A stretch of 63,648 nucleotides of DNA, filler included, from Hyphochytrium catenoides (taxonomy: Eukaryota > Protista > Hyphochytriomycota): assembly GCA_900088475.1 (NCBI GenBank). It is 7 parts of 7 records of this genome, joined end to end, with 100 filler letters (N's around TTAATTAATTAA, not from the genome) between each part and the next. Parts side by side here need not be neighbours in the genome. Positions count along the whole stretch, not along the records: positions 1 to 27,561 come from FLMG01002364.1; 6 more parts are not named here. One strand, written 5' to 3'. This document shows positions 14,101 to 26,781 of the stretch, in pieces (position 1 is the first letter of the stretch; every line of letters starts with the position of its first letter). The notes below the pieces were generated by a model. It did no database searches and was not told the origin of the DNA. It saw nothing but the letters and a program-made list of their open reading frames with translations. A program made the translations under genes and the position numbers.

Positions 14101-14870
14101 TGCTCCTGTATCTCCTGTTTCTTCATCCCTTTTGCTCTTCGGCTTTGAAGGCTTCTTGCCACTCTCTCCCACAACGGACGATGGTCGACGTGGAGCAGAG
14201 GCCGAGGAAGACGCAGATTTGGCTTTAGAAGGGTCTGGCTGAGGGCTTGCAGCCATCCCCGCTGGTCCCGCTGGTAGAGAAAGTGGTGTCATGCCTCCGT
14301 CATTGGCGCCCCTTCTGCTTTCGTTGTCATCCTCCTTTCCTCCAGGGGTGGCCGATGGAGTGCCATACGGTGATGCGGAAGCCGAGGAAGTGGTAGGAGG
14401 CAAGGCAGCTCTTGCATACTCCTTCTCAAACAGGTCTAGTAGGTATTGGGCGGCATCATATACTGAACCCTTGACGTTGGCGTCTGCTTGATTATAGAGC
14501 AGTGCATTCTGGAACACAAGGCGGACATCTCGGGCAAACTTCTCATGCGAGCTGTACCGACAGCGCGAGAAGCGAGAACCCATGCGCTTTTTAATAGATC
14601 CTGTTTCGAGGAGGACATGGAGAGATTCAAGCTGAGTGTGCCATGGAAGACTGCTAAGAGACAAGGACGAGAAGGCTTACCGAGATCCATGGGCTTCTTG
14701 ATGATGGTATAATAATCCGGCACTTCCTTTGGAACAGGCTCCATAAAGGGCCACGACCACATGTTCTGCATCTCCTCATTGGTAAGCAGGTGGAGCAGGT
14801 CCCTGCACTTCTCGTATGTCTCCTCATTCATGATTTTCAGTCTTTCTTCTTCCAGATATGGAGCCAACGA
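8101..14870 (-). CDS. Multi-bromodomain protein (six bromodomains) with C-terminal coiled coil; first exon not resolved
   Basis: Six PF/x..DY...PMDL-like blocks each followed by a D..L...N...(Y/F) helix: WPFMEPV..PDYYTIIKKPMDLG; SFMAPVD..KRPIDL..ANCLEYN; FCFPF..KKPMYIG..DNCITYW; QPFLTSVD..PMDLKK..ENCLKYN; LNKPV..KPMDFG..ENAIQFN; GPFREPV..RPMDLRT..ENALRYN. Last exon ends ...GMVVED* at 8101. Confidence 0.9.
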
Positions 14871-15580
14871 CTTTCAGGTCACAAGAGCGCTACTACGAGC
14901 GACCATCCTGTGTTGTCAATGCACAAACTGGAAATGGCTAAGCTGCTTAGCTCGCTTTTATGTGAAGGTTAGCTGCCCATGGAAGCAATGCGTGAAGAGA
15001 CAAGGCACCGGCCAGGCCCGATGGCAATGTCAAATCTTGGGCTTTTGCTGCTTTCTTTCACCTCTGCTGATCGTTAGGAGCACGGCCGATGAGAAGCTTC
15101 ATTCATTATCCACATCCCCAGATCTGCACACCGAAAATAGTTGTCGGGTGGGACACAGTCTAGCACAATATATCGCAACCAGGTTGGGTGGGAACCTTTA
15201 TTCAACAACCGAAGTCATGTCGAGAATAGTGCGCTCTGTCTCTAAGATTGCTTTCTGTAACAATAAGGTGAACAATGGGGCCGAATTTAAATCCACCCAA
15301 CAGCAATACGGGATTGCTTTCCGAAAAGCTTTTTGAAGATTGTCATTGGACAACCTTCAGACAGCTTCAGACGTTTTCTGCCTTCTTCGATCTCAATCCC
15401 GAGACAAGTTTGTAAGGAAAGTCATTGCCACTTTGTAGCTCCTAACGCAGCATCATTGATTGGAAGCTGCGTTACTCTTAGTCGCCTATTGTAAGGCGCC
15501 TATAGCTGTTAAGGTGCATTGGGCTTAAGAAGTCTCATCGGGAGGGTTGAGGAGGCCTTCCATGTTGGGACCTTGGCAGC

Positions 15581-18500
15581 ATGGGCCCAAAACGAAAAGG
15601 CAGACGGAAGCAGAAGGAAGAGATGAAGGAATCCAACTCGGATGGGTTAGCAGATAAAAAGAAGGAAATATCTGGCAAGACACAATGCCAGAACCCGAAT
15701 CTTGAGGCATCTGACGCATTACAGGGCGGCAACCCGCCACCCAAAAGAAGGCCAGGACGGCCAAAGAAGCAGAAGAAGGAAGAGGACGTTCAGATAAAGA
15801 TGAGCAGTGCAGACGCGACTCAGGTAACTTCATACGGGAGTATTATAACGTTCTTCGGTCTGTCTAAGGTGGCTTTCTATTGCTTCTTCGCCAACTATTC
15901 ATAGCAACCAGGAATGCAGTGTCTACGCCCCTTCTACTTGCTCGTCTTTTAACTGTCCCACTTGCTGCTACGCCTTCTGACTTGAATCAACGTGTTATCC
16001 GTCTATAGACTGTCCGCCCAGCGGTATCAGACATGCCGCAGAAGTCTGGAGATGGAGCTACCGCTAGTAATCGCCGTTCTCCACGCTCTCGTAGCTCTAT
16101 CTCTCCTAAGGAGTTACCTTTACCCGAGGCAGCTGTAGCTACATTAGGGAAAAGAAGCAGACCAGCAGGGTCAGGTGAACTCGAGGACAAGAAGAAAAGT
16201 CAAGGTGCGAATGACGGCGAGAGTTCTGCCAAACTAGCGAAACGACCCAAGAATCAGAGCGCTGAGGCGACGGATGACATGGAAGCAAGGGTTGCCAAGC
16301 TCGATCCTTCAATCACGGCCTGGTGCGTCTGCCTTGATAGGGACTCCCTCTTCCTTCTATTCTGTTGCATTTTGCGTTAGTTCTTTCCCCGTCTCTCCCG
16401 CTTCCGACTTTGAACGTTATTGTCATGCCTTTCACAATGCATTCCGTCCAGTGTGCCCTGGGTGGTCTCCTCTTTATGTCTGCCTAGTATGTGTAACGGT
16501 GACTCATCACAATCTAACGTGAGATCGTCCTCTCTAGGTATGGAAAGGCCGTTTGGGCCAAGCAGAAAGGTACCGTTTAGGGGGCGTTACGAACATGGCA
16601 CTCTTTTCTGCTTAGCCTACCTGGTGTTTCTTCGTATTGCTGTCTTTGGCTGCATTTTCTTGATGGCTGTCGCCGTCTTAGCTCTAACGTAGGATATGAT
16701 AGGTTATTGCTTCTGGCCCGCCGTTGTTTTGGACCCAAGAAACACGACAAAGAACATCAGAAAGATGGCGCTGAGGTCCTTGGGAAAGAAGCATGTCGTA
16801 CTTTTCTATGGGAGTGACACTTTGTACGTAGAAATGCACCTACCTCAATGTTGTGCCATCTCAAGTGCCAGATCCCTTCTTCGACACATTTGGCGCGGTG
16901 ACTCTTAGCAGTATATAAGCTCCTCTACTCATCTCTTCATGGATCTTGACGTCTCCTTAAGTTGTTATCTCATTTGAGACGCGTTGCCCCTGCAGCGGAG
17001 CGATACCTTACGAAGACATCGCCCCCTATGAGGATACTTCTGAGGACTATCGCAGTGGCTTCCCTCCTAGCAAAAATAGAGGGCAGAAATTCATGGCAAA
17101 GTTTCAGGAAGCTGTCGACGAAGCAGAGGTAGACTTTGCTAATTGGCACATACCACCTTTCCAGCCATTCTTCTGTTTGTCGATTCGCCTACCATGAGCT
17201 CTCTGCCACGCGAAGAGCCTACCATGAGCCTTCGCACTGTTGGTCCATACTATTGCTATCACTGCTTCTCTCTCATGATGCCTGGGTTCTAATATTGGAC
17301 GTCTATTACAGAGAGATGTAGGAGGAGTTACTGACGACAAGCAGCAAATTGATGATATCTCTCAAAAAGAGGTACAACCCTTGGTTTTGGTCCCCCGGTG
17401 TCATCACTGAGGGATACGTCTGGCTAGGTCAAAGCGGAATTAGAAGGCAACGGGGCTAAAAGAGGCCCCAAGACCACCAGAGGCAAAAAGAAGGGAGAAA
17501 AGAGGACACCAAGAGACGTGCCAGACGAAGTGGTAGAAGAAGAAAGGAAGGGTCACATTATCCGAGAAGAGGAGGACAAGGCTCCACTATCACTGCCACT
17601 TGAAATGACCACGTCAACTGAGTCGGAGTTGAAAGGTATGAGCCATTCCCTCTCTCGTTCGCCAGTCGTGTGCGGAACATACTAATGGGTCGTCTCCTTG
17701 CAGAGGAAGCAAAGGAGCAAAGTGCAGCCTCGTCAGGAGAGGAGGAACCTGCGGAGAAGCCAACGGCCAGCAAGAAACGGAAGCAGAATAGTTCCAAGAA
17801 GATGAGGAAACAAGTCGAGGAGAAAAAGTTGGAGGAGGAAGGTAACCTAAAGACAGCCACCATGAGAAAAACAACAGGACTAAGAGTAGCTGGTATCCTA
17901 GAAGCTGAGCCACAAACCCCGAAAGATGAGCCCAAAACTCAGGAGAAAAGCAATCTGGAGTCAGAAGAGCAGGCAGGCCCAGTTCTGCCTGGGGAGGGCG
18001 TAGAGAACCAGACCGCGAAGGTTCCAAAGGAGATAGAGAGTAACAACGAACCGCGGAGCGGAGCTACGAGTAAAGGGAGACGCGGGCGGAAGAGAAATGT
18101 GACTTCCGTAGAGCATAAAGAAGAAGAGGCAAATTCTAAACCAGCGAGAGCAGATGAAGAAAGAACAGTGCATGAGACCTCGGAGATGCAGGAGCCAGAA
18201 GCCCCTGTCAGTGTAGCCGATGATAGCAGCGAACTTCCAAACGAAGATAATATGAGAAGATCTCTTCGACAGACGAGGAAGAGGAAACAGCCCCTAAGAT
18301 ATGTGGAGCAGGCTGTAGAGGAAGACAAAGGGGAGCCAGACCTGCGTTCGAAGGACGAGTTGGCATTTGGTACTAAAAAGAGGACGAGGAAAGCGGCCAA
18401 AAGATCTCCACCGGTTTTGCTGACTGAGAACAAGGATGAGGCAGACTCTGATGACCTTCCGCTATCCTACCTCTCTCCCACGGAGACAAAAGCCCCTCCG

Positions 18501-20134
18501 ACGTCCTCACTCAAGGAGGAGGAGTCTTCTGGGAGACCTGCAGTCTCTCCACCAGCAGAGAAGGCTGAGGAGACAGCAGCGCCAGCAAAAGCCTCCTCGC
18601 GACCAGCAGTCCCACCACTTTCTGAGGTAGTTCCTGCCACTGCGCATTGCTTTTGCTATAATCGAGATGCTCAGCTCAGTTATCCTACGCAGGAGCGAGT
18701 GAAGGTCTTTCAGAAGGGAGACATGGCAGACAGAAAGGATCGGCAAGGTCTGTTAGCTGCATCATTGTAGAGTGTTGGCTAGGCTTTGGAGTCTCAGTTC
18801 GCGACTCTCTGTCCTCTTCTGCTCCTCTATTCGCCATGTCAGGCGTGCAGGAGAGAGTGCAGCGGATGAAGCGATCCCTAGAGAAGTGCACAACGACGGG
18901 GGCCACCTATGATATTGACCGCGCATTAAAAGTTCTCGTCGCCCTCTCACAGGTAAAAATTCTAATTCTTCTTTCCTTCCTATCTATCGATCTGCGGACC
19001 AAATTTGCCCTCATGGTGCTCCGCACATCACTGGTCGCTGGCTCCTCTCTAGCATCAAGGTATCGAAGAAACCTATATGACGTCGTCGGCTTTGTATGTG
19101 CTTGCTCTAGGTGGAAATGACTCTAGAGCTGCTGCAGTCCACAGGAGTCGCTTCTCTCGTGAACACACTCCGGAAGTTTCCCGATCCTGAAATATCGAAG
19201 GTGGCAAGAAGTCTCCGAAAGTCCTGGATGAAAAAGGTGCTGGGCGGATTATAGCAGAGTCTTACTCCTCTCTCTCAATAAGCATCTAAGATGTTCGCTG
19301 TTACCAGCGCCTTTCCTCGGCTTTACTTTACTGTTCCTTGTTAAAGTATACTGTTGGATAGTGCTCTGTCACCCTGCCTTGTTCTTAGCTGAATCTACCG
19401 TTGCCGCTGGCTAAATGAGAGGCCTCTATATTCCTTAGATGGGCCTATCGCCTACCCCAACTACGCCAGGGAAGATGCTTAGTGAGGGGGCGGTAGACAC
19501 GCCTATAGCAGCGGCAAGCCTGAACAGAGACAGCGAAGAAATGAAGGTGAGCTTCCGCTAGCTGTCTCTGGGTATATCCTGAGCGACGGGGAAGGGAGAA
19601 GGATGAAGGAGAAGGGAGGAATTGTCCACAAAGTGATGGTGATAAAAGCCTTGAAGCGGAAAAGTGACCTTCTAAGGCCCTATCGTCCTTATTTCCACAG
19701 TTTGAGCTGTCGAGCGTTCCCACAGCGTCACCAGAGCCCGAGCTGGCACCGGAGCGGACGCACGCCATAAGTCTTCTTTCTCACGCCACGAAGGATAAAG
19801 CCTTCTCCTTGAAAGTAGAACGAGCGCTCTATGCACGGTTCAAAGACACCGACAACCAGTACCTAAGGCAGTTCCGCATCGTCCTCTTTGGATTTCTCAA
19901 GGAAGAGAGCTACTTGAAACGAGTCATAGAAGGGAAGGTCTCCCTGACAGAACTCGTCTATGCCACTTATGAGGTAAGCAGTCCGCTGACTAGAGCCCTT
20001 ACCCGCTTGCTAGAGCCGTGCCTCACTTTCTCCCCCTTTTTTCTTGCTAACTTTTCCATCCCGTTCACTGTTCACAATTATTTATCGCACTTTGTTCTAA
20101 CCGTCATCACATCCTCTAGGATGTGCCGAAATAG
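15581..20134 (+). CDS. Chromatin/elongation-associated protein: AT-hook + PWWP + TFIIS N-terminal + TFIIS central-like domains
   Basis: KRRPGRPKK (AT-hook); VWAKQK|GYCFWPAVV..HVVLFYG (PWWP-like); LVALSQ|VEMTLELLQSTGVASLVNTLRK..SKVARSLRKSW (TFIIS N-terminal); KVERALYARFKDTDNQYLRQFRIVLF (TFIIS central-like). Exons at 19439, 19701 and 20120 join in phase, ending DVPK*. Confidence 0.8.
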
Positions 20135-20256
20135 CTACCCAGCCACGCTTCCCATTCCCTGCGCTTTCCGACTATTTATCCACAACTGCTGGCCACTCTA
20201 TCCGCTTCTAAAAAAGTGGAGAATCGACAATAAGATGATGTATTTGACGGTGTTCG

Positions 20257-21935
20257 TCACGCTATACTTCTTGATGGTCCACTGTCACTAGGTCTTTCTC
20301 CCTGGCTCCAGCCTCTACAGTGGCTGAGCTCGTGCTGTGTGAACGTCTCTATCTTGTGCTGAAGATCAGCTGCAGGAGGACTGACATAGCGTGGGTGGGA
20401 AGCCTTCTGCATAACAAGCACATTTTTCACTCCACAGAGCTGTGGGATCCATAGTGAGAAAGATGATGACTCCGGAAGAGAGAGAACCATGGGGAAGAGG
20501 CGATGGGTAGAGTCGGTGAAGACGACGACGGCACCCGGAGAGAGAGAGCTGAAGAGTTCCCGAAAGAACAAAAAGCCGCTTTCCTGGAGTTTGAGCTTGT
20601 TTTCCACTATAACGAAGGCAACAACTACCAAGTCCAGCTGTCTCACTCTCTGCTTGACGCTTTTGTTAGAGGGATCTTCAAGTGAGAGAGTTATGTCTCC
20701 TCTGTGGAAACAAAGAGAGTGTGATGAAGATGATCCATAAACGGGCGAGAAGAGCATCAAGTCTCTTAACGTCTGCTCAACAGCCTGCACCACTGGGGAC
20801 CAAGAGCCTTCGTAGTCAAAGACGGCCATATCAAGCTCAGCCTGGGCACTGACAAAGCGATTCAGCGCTGCCAAACCGATTGCATCAAATGCTGGGCCGC
20901 CTATTACATCGAGAAATCAAACGCAATCGATTAGATGACGTGAGGGACCCCACAGGGCAGCATTAGCAATTAGCTGGAAGATGAAGCCCACGAGGACGAT
21001 AACAAGATCTCTTCATCAGGGATAAAGCCCAGGATTCTTCAGGGACTTCGGACGACAACGGCCGGCGGTAGTTCTATCGTTTTCTGGTTAACTTATTCTA
21101 CGGAGAGACAGAAAGCTCGAAGAGACCTTCCCAGTGGTCACAAGGCTTTTTTCTGCGCAGCTCTATCTTCCATATCCCTTTCTCTCCCTTGCGTCGCTCA
21201 AGATTTGGCTTCCTACCTCCTAACATTGCCACTTGACAACGAGGCCTCCGGATCAAGTCACAGAGCAATGGCGCCATTTCAGGCGCCAGCAGCACCCACA
21301 AGATATTCCTGGACCTCTTAAACTTTGAGGCGAAGTACCCAGCTTGAGCGCCAGGATGATCAAAGCGAGGCATGGTGCCGCTCCGAGTCGAGAGACTAAG
21401 TTGCGATAGAAGCCGCGAGGTTTCCGAAGGAACTGGAGGACTTATGAGGGAGAGCACGCCATTCATGATTCTGCGAGGATGAAAGCGTGACAATGGAACG
21501 AAGGTTAGTAAAAACTTGGGGTGAGGGAGACTGCTCAACGATAATTTGAAGCTTGAAGAGTGTGGTACAAGCTCTCTAGAGGAAGCTACGATGCAGCATC
21601 CCAGCAATCTTGTTGGACCGGAAGGACCATGAAGGCTTAGAATAGCAGGCAAGTGGAGGCTAGCTAAGGACAGCTGCAAGTAGATCACTTAAGCTGGGAA
21701 GTTGAATGATGTACTAGGCGCCTCTTCTTCTTGCTTGGCCTACCTGGTAGAGAGGTCATCCCAGAAGACTTTAAGTCTCTTTCTTGATGCCTTTCGGTGG
21801 AGATTCAGAGAGGAAGATCTCTGTCTGTACCAGCAAAAGCGGGGAATGGAAGCTCAGATATGCTGATTCGTCCTGGACCTGAGGTTTCTCATCTCTGTTA
21901 TCTTCTTGCTCTCTCAGAGAAGGTACGTTGACCAT
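20257..21935 (-). CDS. Uncharacterised class I SAM-methyltransferase-like protein, multi-exon; 5' end tentative
   Basis: Splicing joins QVAMLG|GGPAFDAIG (motif I-like), followed by AVFDYEGSW, DLVVVAFV and LSPGAVVVFTD. The upstream exon ...KVFWDDLSTR|IMNG joins in phase. Confidence 0.6.
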
Positions 21936-21995
21936 GTGCCTCCCTCAATAGCTTCTATCAATCTCCCTGGTGCCCATTGCACTAGCTCTCTCTCC

Positions 21996-22026
<31 letters not shown>

Positions 22027-23187
22027 GCTCTCCCGCTCTGTCTCTCCCTCACTTTGTCTCTCCTTGGTCATCTCTGATCCAATCGCTTTCAAAGCCCTCC
22101 CTCTTTGACTAAGTCTCTTTGGTCTTCCTCTTACCCTCTGCAGTACAATTGTAAACCATAGGACCAGACGCTAGCACCACGGCATAGGAGCAGACACAAT
22201 TGCAGACTTTCTTCGACTAAGAAGCCTGAGGCCACCAATGGCTCAATGACTGCACAAAAGACAGATGCACGAGCACCAAAGGAGCAAAAGTTGTATTTAG
22301 AGCTGGAGCAGAACAGAGCACACAGAACATAGACAGAGAGAGAGACAGACGGCGGGGTTTGGAAGAATGCGGGCAGAATAGAGACAGGAGGATTAGGATA
22401 TGGACATCGTTAGAGGAGGACTTCCTTGTAGCTGAACAAGAGGGAGGTGATGAGCTACATAGTTTATTACCTTCTCGAAAATACACCCTGCCATGGACCT
22501 CTTGTTCTGCGACGTTGTCCATTCCGATCTTTCTTAGGTCCCCTGTCATTCCTCCATGTCTCCTTTGTTCTGCAAGGCCTCGTCCATCGCATGACAGGAG
22601 AGTGAGAGAAACTCTATCATGGGAGAAGTAGGCAACCAAGGACCGGTGTCAACCATGCCGTGACGTAGAAGTACGGCATGACAAATTACCAGCTCTTCAA
22701 GCGTATCGACAACAACCATAGAACAAAAGGCTTTCTCAGAGACCGCAGCTCTGGGAGAACAGCTGAGGGCCCTTCCCTAGTCGCAGGACGGAACCCTCGA
22801 AGACCGAAAGGACAGAGCTCTAGAACTCTGTCTGCAAGCAGGTTTGCAGCGTCTCATCATTCGGCGCCATCAAGCATCAGAACCAGATACAACGCCTTCT
22901 ATTTGATAATCAATCAGAAGTCAATGATGATAATCATACTGTACTGTGTGGTAAAGGAAAAGCTCAGATGCCAGATTCAGAACAGAATTCTGGTTTCCAG
23001 AGCATGAAGATCCAATAATCTCTGCTGGCAATCTACAGATCTCTAGGACGTCTCCCGTCTGCTAGGTGATGTTGTTGATATTGAGGTCATCATAAGGCCG
23101 CCAACACACATTCATGGGTGTATTATTATAAAGGAACAGGGCGGAGTGCGCACTCACTAACCTATCTCCAGACATAGACTAACAGCC

Positions 23188-24478
23188 ATGGCGGTAAGTG
23201 CCACTCATTCGTGGTCTGAGTGATACACAAATAGCAATCCTTTGCATGACTCTCTTCGAGCTCAGCCTTTAACCTCCTTACCTATAGGAAGATCCAAAGC
23301 TCGCTGCCATTCGCTCAAAGAGGATGAGCGATATCCAGGTGAGAAATCGTTGAAACATAAGGCGTCTTTTTCTTGACAGACACTGAGTGACCTCACCGGA
23401 TAGTCCTTTCCTGTCAGCTCTTTTTTACATTATTACATCGAACCTTGTCTGCCTATATGATGAATATCCCGACATTCTTCAGCAGGGCGTCGACTTCTTC
23501 TTTAGTTAGTGGTCGGTGTCTCTTCAACATCTCATCAGCCGACACTTGTCCTCTAACTCGCAGACTGGACGCGCCGGTGGTGGTGCAAATGCTGCAGAGG
23601 ATGAAGCTAAGCGACAGTAAGGGGCCCTTGTATGTCTCTTTGAAACTAAAGCTTATACTAACGCCGATATCGTCTCTCTTTTTGCCTCTGTTGTGCCCTT
23701 GTTTCGTAGGCAAGCAGAAGAAATGCGAAAAGCGATGCTTCAGCAGGTTCTGACGCCAGAAGCACGCGAGAGACGTACGTCTGCCCTTTCATGCCACGCT
23801 ATCGCTCTAGTCTCTCTTCCCACCTCTTACCCTGGCATTGCTCTTTGTGACAGTGGCTCGGATTGCCATAGTGAAGCCTGACAAGTCTCGAATGGTAGAG
23901 GACAACATACTCAGAATGGCACAGATGGGGAAGATTCAGGCGCAGATCACAGAACAGCAGCTCATCCAGGTGAGACACAGTGGAAAAGAGACTGCCCGGA
24001 GCTCCTTGTTCCTCCTCTTAGCTCTTAGCTCAAACTGCCTCCAACACAGCTTTGTATACCCTGTTGGACTTCTAAAGATAACTCTCCATCATCTTCCTCG
24101 TCTCATTCCTCCTTGGGAGGAGCCAGAATACCTCTCTCTTGAGAATAGCTTGACAGTCCCAGATGACTTGGGCCCTGGGGCTGTCGACCAATGCAATTAT
24201 TCACATGTTCAACCGATGACCTTTCATCAAGACTCTAATCCACATATCTTTCTCCTTCCCCTACCATCCTTTGCCGCTTGCGGCTATGGGCTATCAGATG
24301 CTTGAGCAAGTGACTTCCACTCAGCAGCAGAAGACAAAAGTGACGGTAAGCTGCCTTTGCTCTCTCTCTTGTTTTGCACGTCTTTCTCTTGTCAATCTTG
24401 AAAGCTAAGGGTTTTGTCTCATAGATCCAACGGCGAAGAGGATTCTCGGATGATGAGGACGATGACGATGACTTCTAG
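23188..24478 (+). CDS. PDCD5: Programmed cell death protein 5 (PDCD5), 7 exons
   Basis: MA|EDPKLAAIRSKRMSDIQ|...QAEEMRKAMLQQVLTPEARERL|ARIAIVKPDKSRMVEDNILRMAQMGKIQAQITEQQLIQ|MLEQV..KTKVT|IQRRRGFSDDEDDDDDF*. All junctions are GT-AG and in phase. Confidence 0.95.
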
Positions 24479-24791
24479 AAACGCAAAGTTATAAGGAAAA
24501 GGAAGCTGCACAAACTCTCAGTACCCCTGTCATTGTCTTTTATAGAGAGCAACAGGGATAAGTCCCCGGTGCTGCCGCATGCTGCCTCTCACAGCTCTTT
24601 CATTTGCTTGTCTTTAATCCCACATGTCTCTCTATCCTCTGCTTTGAGTTGCCTCCTCCTGTCTTCGCCATCCGCGCTCTCTCTCTCTTCTCTGTTTCTT
24701 TCTGTCTGTCTCTCTCTCTTATACTCTTCTTTTTCTTCTTGTCTCCTTCAATGAGTCGGAGAAGGCTCCATGTCTGTTCGACGCCCTTGTC

Positions 24792-26366
24792 CTAGACATT
24801 TCCCGTCATTCTCTTGAAGAGAGACGACATTCGGGTCCAATTCTGCGAATACACCTGGAAAGGTAGCATGTTAGAGCGACTCAGGCCGGAAAACAGAATG
24901 AAGAGCTGCAGAGGCAAAGCGCCACGGAAAGAGGCACTAGCGCTGGAGAAAGCCGCGAGACAGGGGACTGCGCAGTGAAAGCTACAAAATAGATAAAGCG
25001 AGAGAGACAGACCTGCTCAAAGATCATTGACGGCTTGAGTCCTGGCTGGTCTTTCAACTTTTGATAGATTTCATTGTCCTCTACCTGTGGCAGAAGTGAT
25101 TCCCACCTAACGACGAATGGTGACCAAAAAGCGTCGTGGGAGGTATGAGGCGTAAGAGAGAGAAGCAAATGTGGAGAGGTGGGACAAGAAGAAGGTTGCA
25201 GAAGAAGGAGAAGCTAGATGACAGAGTGGCTCATAGAGGCAAAGGAGTGTGCAGGAATGTCCAGGACCACGCAGATTGGCCACTGAAGTATGTGTGTGTG
25301 AGAGAGAGCGTACGGGCGGCTTAACGTACGTTGTTTCCTGGGTGATCCGTTCATCGCCCACCATCTGCCACATGAAGGACTTCCACTCGTCTCTCAGTCT
25401 CTGAGCTTCCGCCCGGCTCAGGAGAGGGACGGAGGGAGGTGGAGGAGATCTCTGTTCCTTTCCTTCTTTAGCCTCCTCAGTACTTTTTCCAGGACTACGA
25501 GAGCGACTGTGGCTGGGGGCAGAAGAAGGCAGAAGAGTTAGAGACTGTCTTAGACAACGGAAACAAGCGTGAAAGCTGGTTGAAAGGGATCGGAGACCAA
25601 AGGAGTACTTCCCTACCGCTTTCTGTCTCTTCTGGGGGATCTAGATCTGCTGTGTCTGTTGCGGCCTCTAGAGTCTCTGTTCCTGTCTCTTCCTCTGCTT
25701 CTACTTCTGCTACGTCGGCGCTCCCTTCCGCGATATCTATCCCGACTGCGGCTCCTTCTTGAGCTTTATGAGTCAAAGTTCAAAAAACAGACAGTCAGAG
25801 TTATAAGAGAGCTTGCATCGAGATGAGTGTGCGGGCAATCACTAAGAAGACAAAAAGATCGCATAGAGAGCACACATTGCAGAGTGAGAGCTATAGATTT
25901 CTATAGAGAGAAGTATAAATGCACTGGAGTCGTGAGTCCCGAGAAATGCGGGAGAGACGTTGAGCGGTGAGAGCATCCATGTGGCCCCATACATTCATAC
26001 AAGACGTGAGGAAGCGCAAGCAGAAATGGAGTTATTACAAGCCGGGCAGACTTACCGATCGCGGCGCCCACTGTGGCGGCGATATCTGGGAGAATGGGAT
26101 CTATTTTGAACGAGACATCAGTCCAGAAGTCACCAGAAAGGTGAGCGCAAGGGCAGATTAGACAGGTGAGAAGACAAGGAGAGGATGAGAGAGGATATGA
26201 GGCGAGGGAGAAAAAAGAGTGAAAGCAATGCTGGCGCAGGAAAGAGGAGAATCTGGGAAGTGAATGTGAGAGAGCGAGAAGATAGGATGATCTCAGTCCT
26301 ATAGTCAATAAGAAAAGAGAGAGAGAGAGAGAGACAGAGAGAGACAGAGAGAGAGAGAGACAGAGA

Positions 26367-26410
<44 letters not shown>

Positions 26411-26781
26411 GAGAGAGAGAGAAAACGAAAAAGGGTTTTGAAGGCAGGACTACGGTGAGGGAAGAATTGGTTGGCATAGTTCACGGAAGAGAGACCGAGC
26501 GACAACCTAGATCGGGACCCGGAGTATCTTCTTCGTCGTTCCATGTGTCCACCATTTGCTTCTTTCACTATTGGTGGCGAGGAATAGCGTTAGAGAGGCT
26601 TCACGACTAGCAGGGCGGCGAAAGAACCCAAAGGGCAGAGAGACAGGAGGGAAGAGAGGGGATGTAGGGATTGGGGGCAACCATGGTCTCTAGGAGAAGT
26701 GCGCCCAGTTGCTGGCTCTTTCTCCTCCTCTGTCTTCTTTTCCAGCTCTGTGCTGTTGATTTCTTCCTTTTCATCGCCCAT
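24792..26781 (-). CDS. Arg/Ser-rich protein with a single C-terminal FF-like domain, about 7 exons
   Basis: Exons encode RRRRYSGSRS|RSHSPRYRRHSGRRDR|RRSRSRDRYRGRERRRSRSRSRGRDR..., then RDEWKSFMWQMVGDERITQETT|WESLLPQVEDNEIYQKL..MIFEQ|VY, matching the FF pattern F..L....IT..ttW.......D..Y..L......F. Confidence 0.7.
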
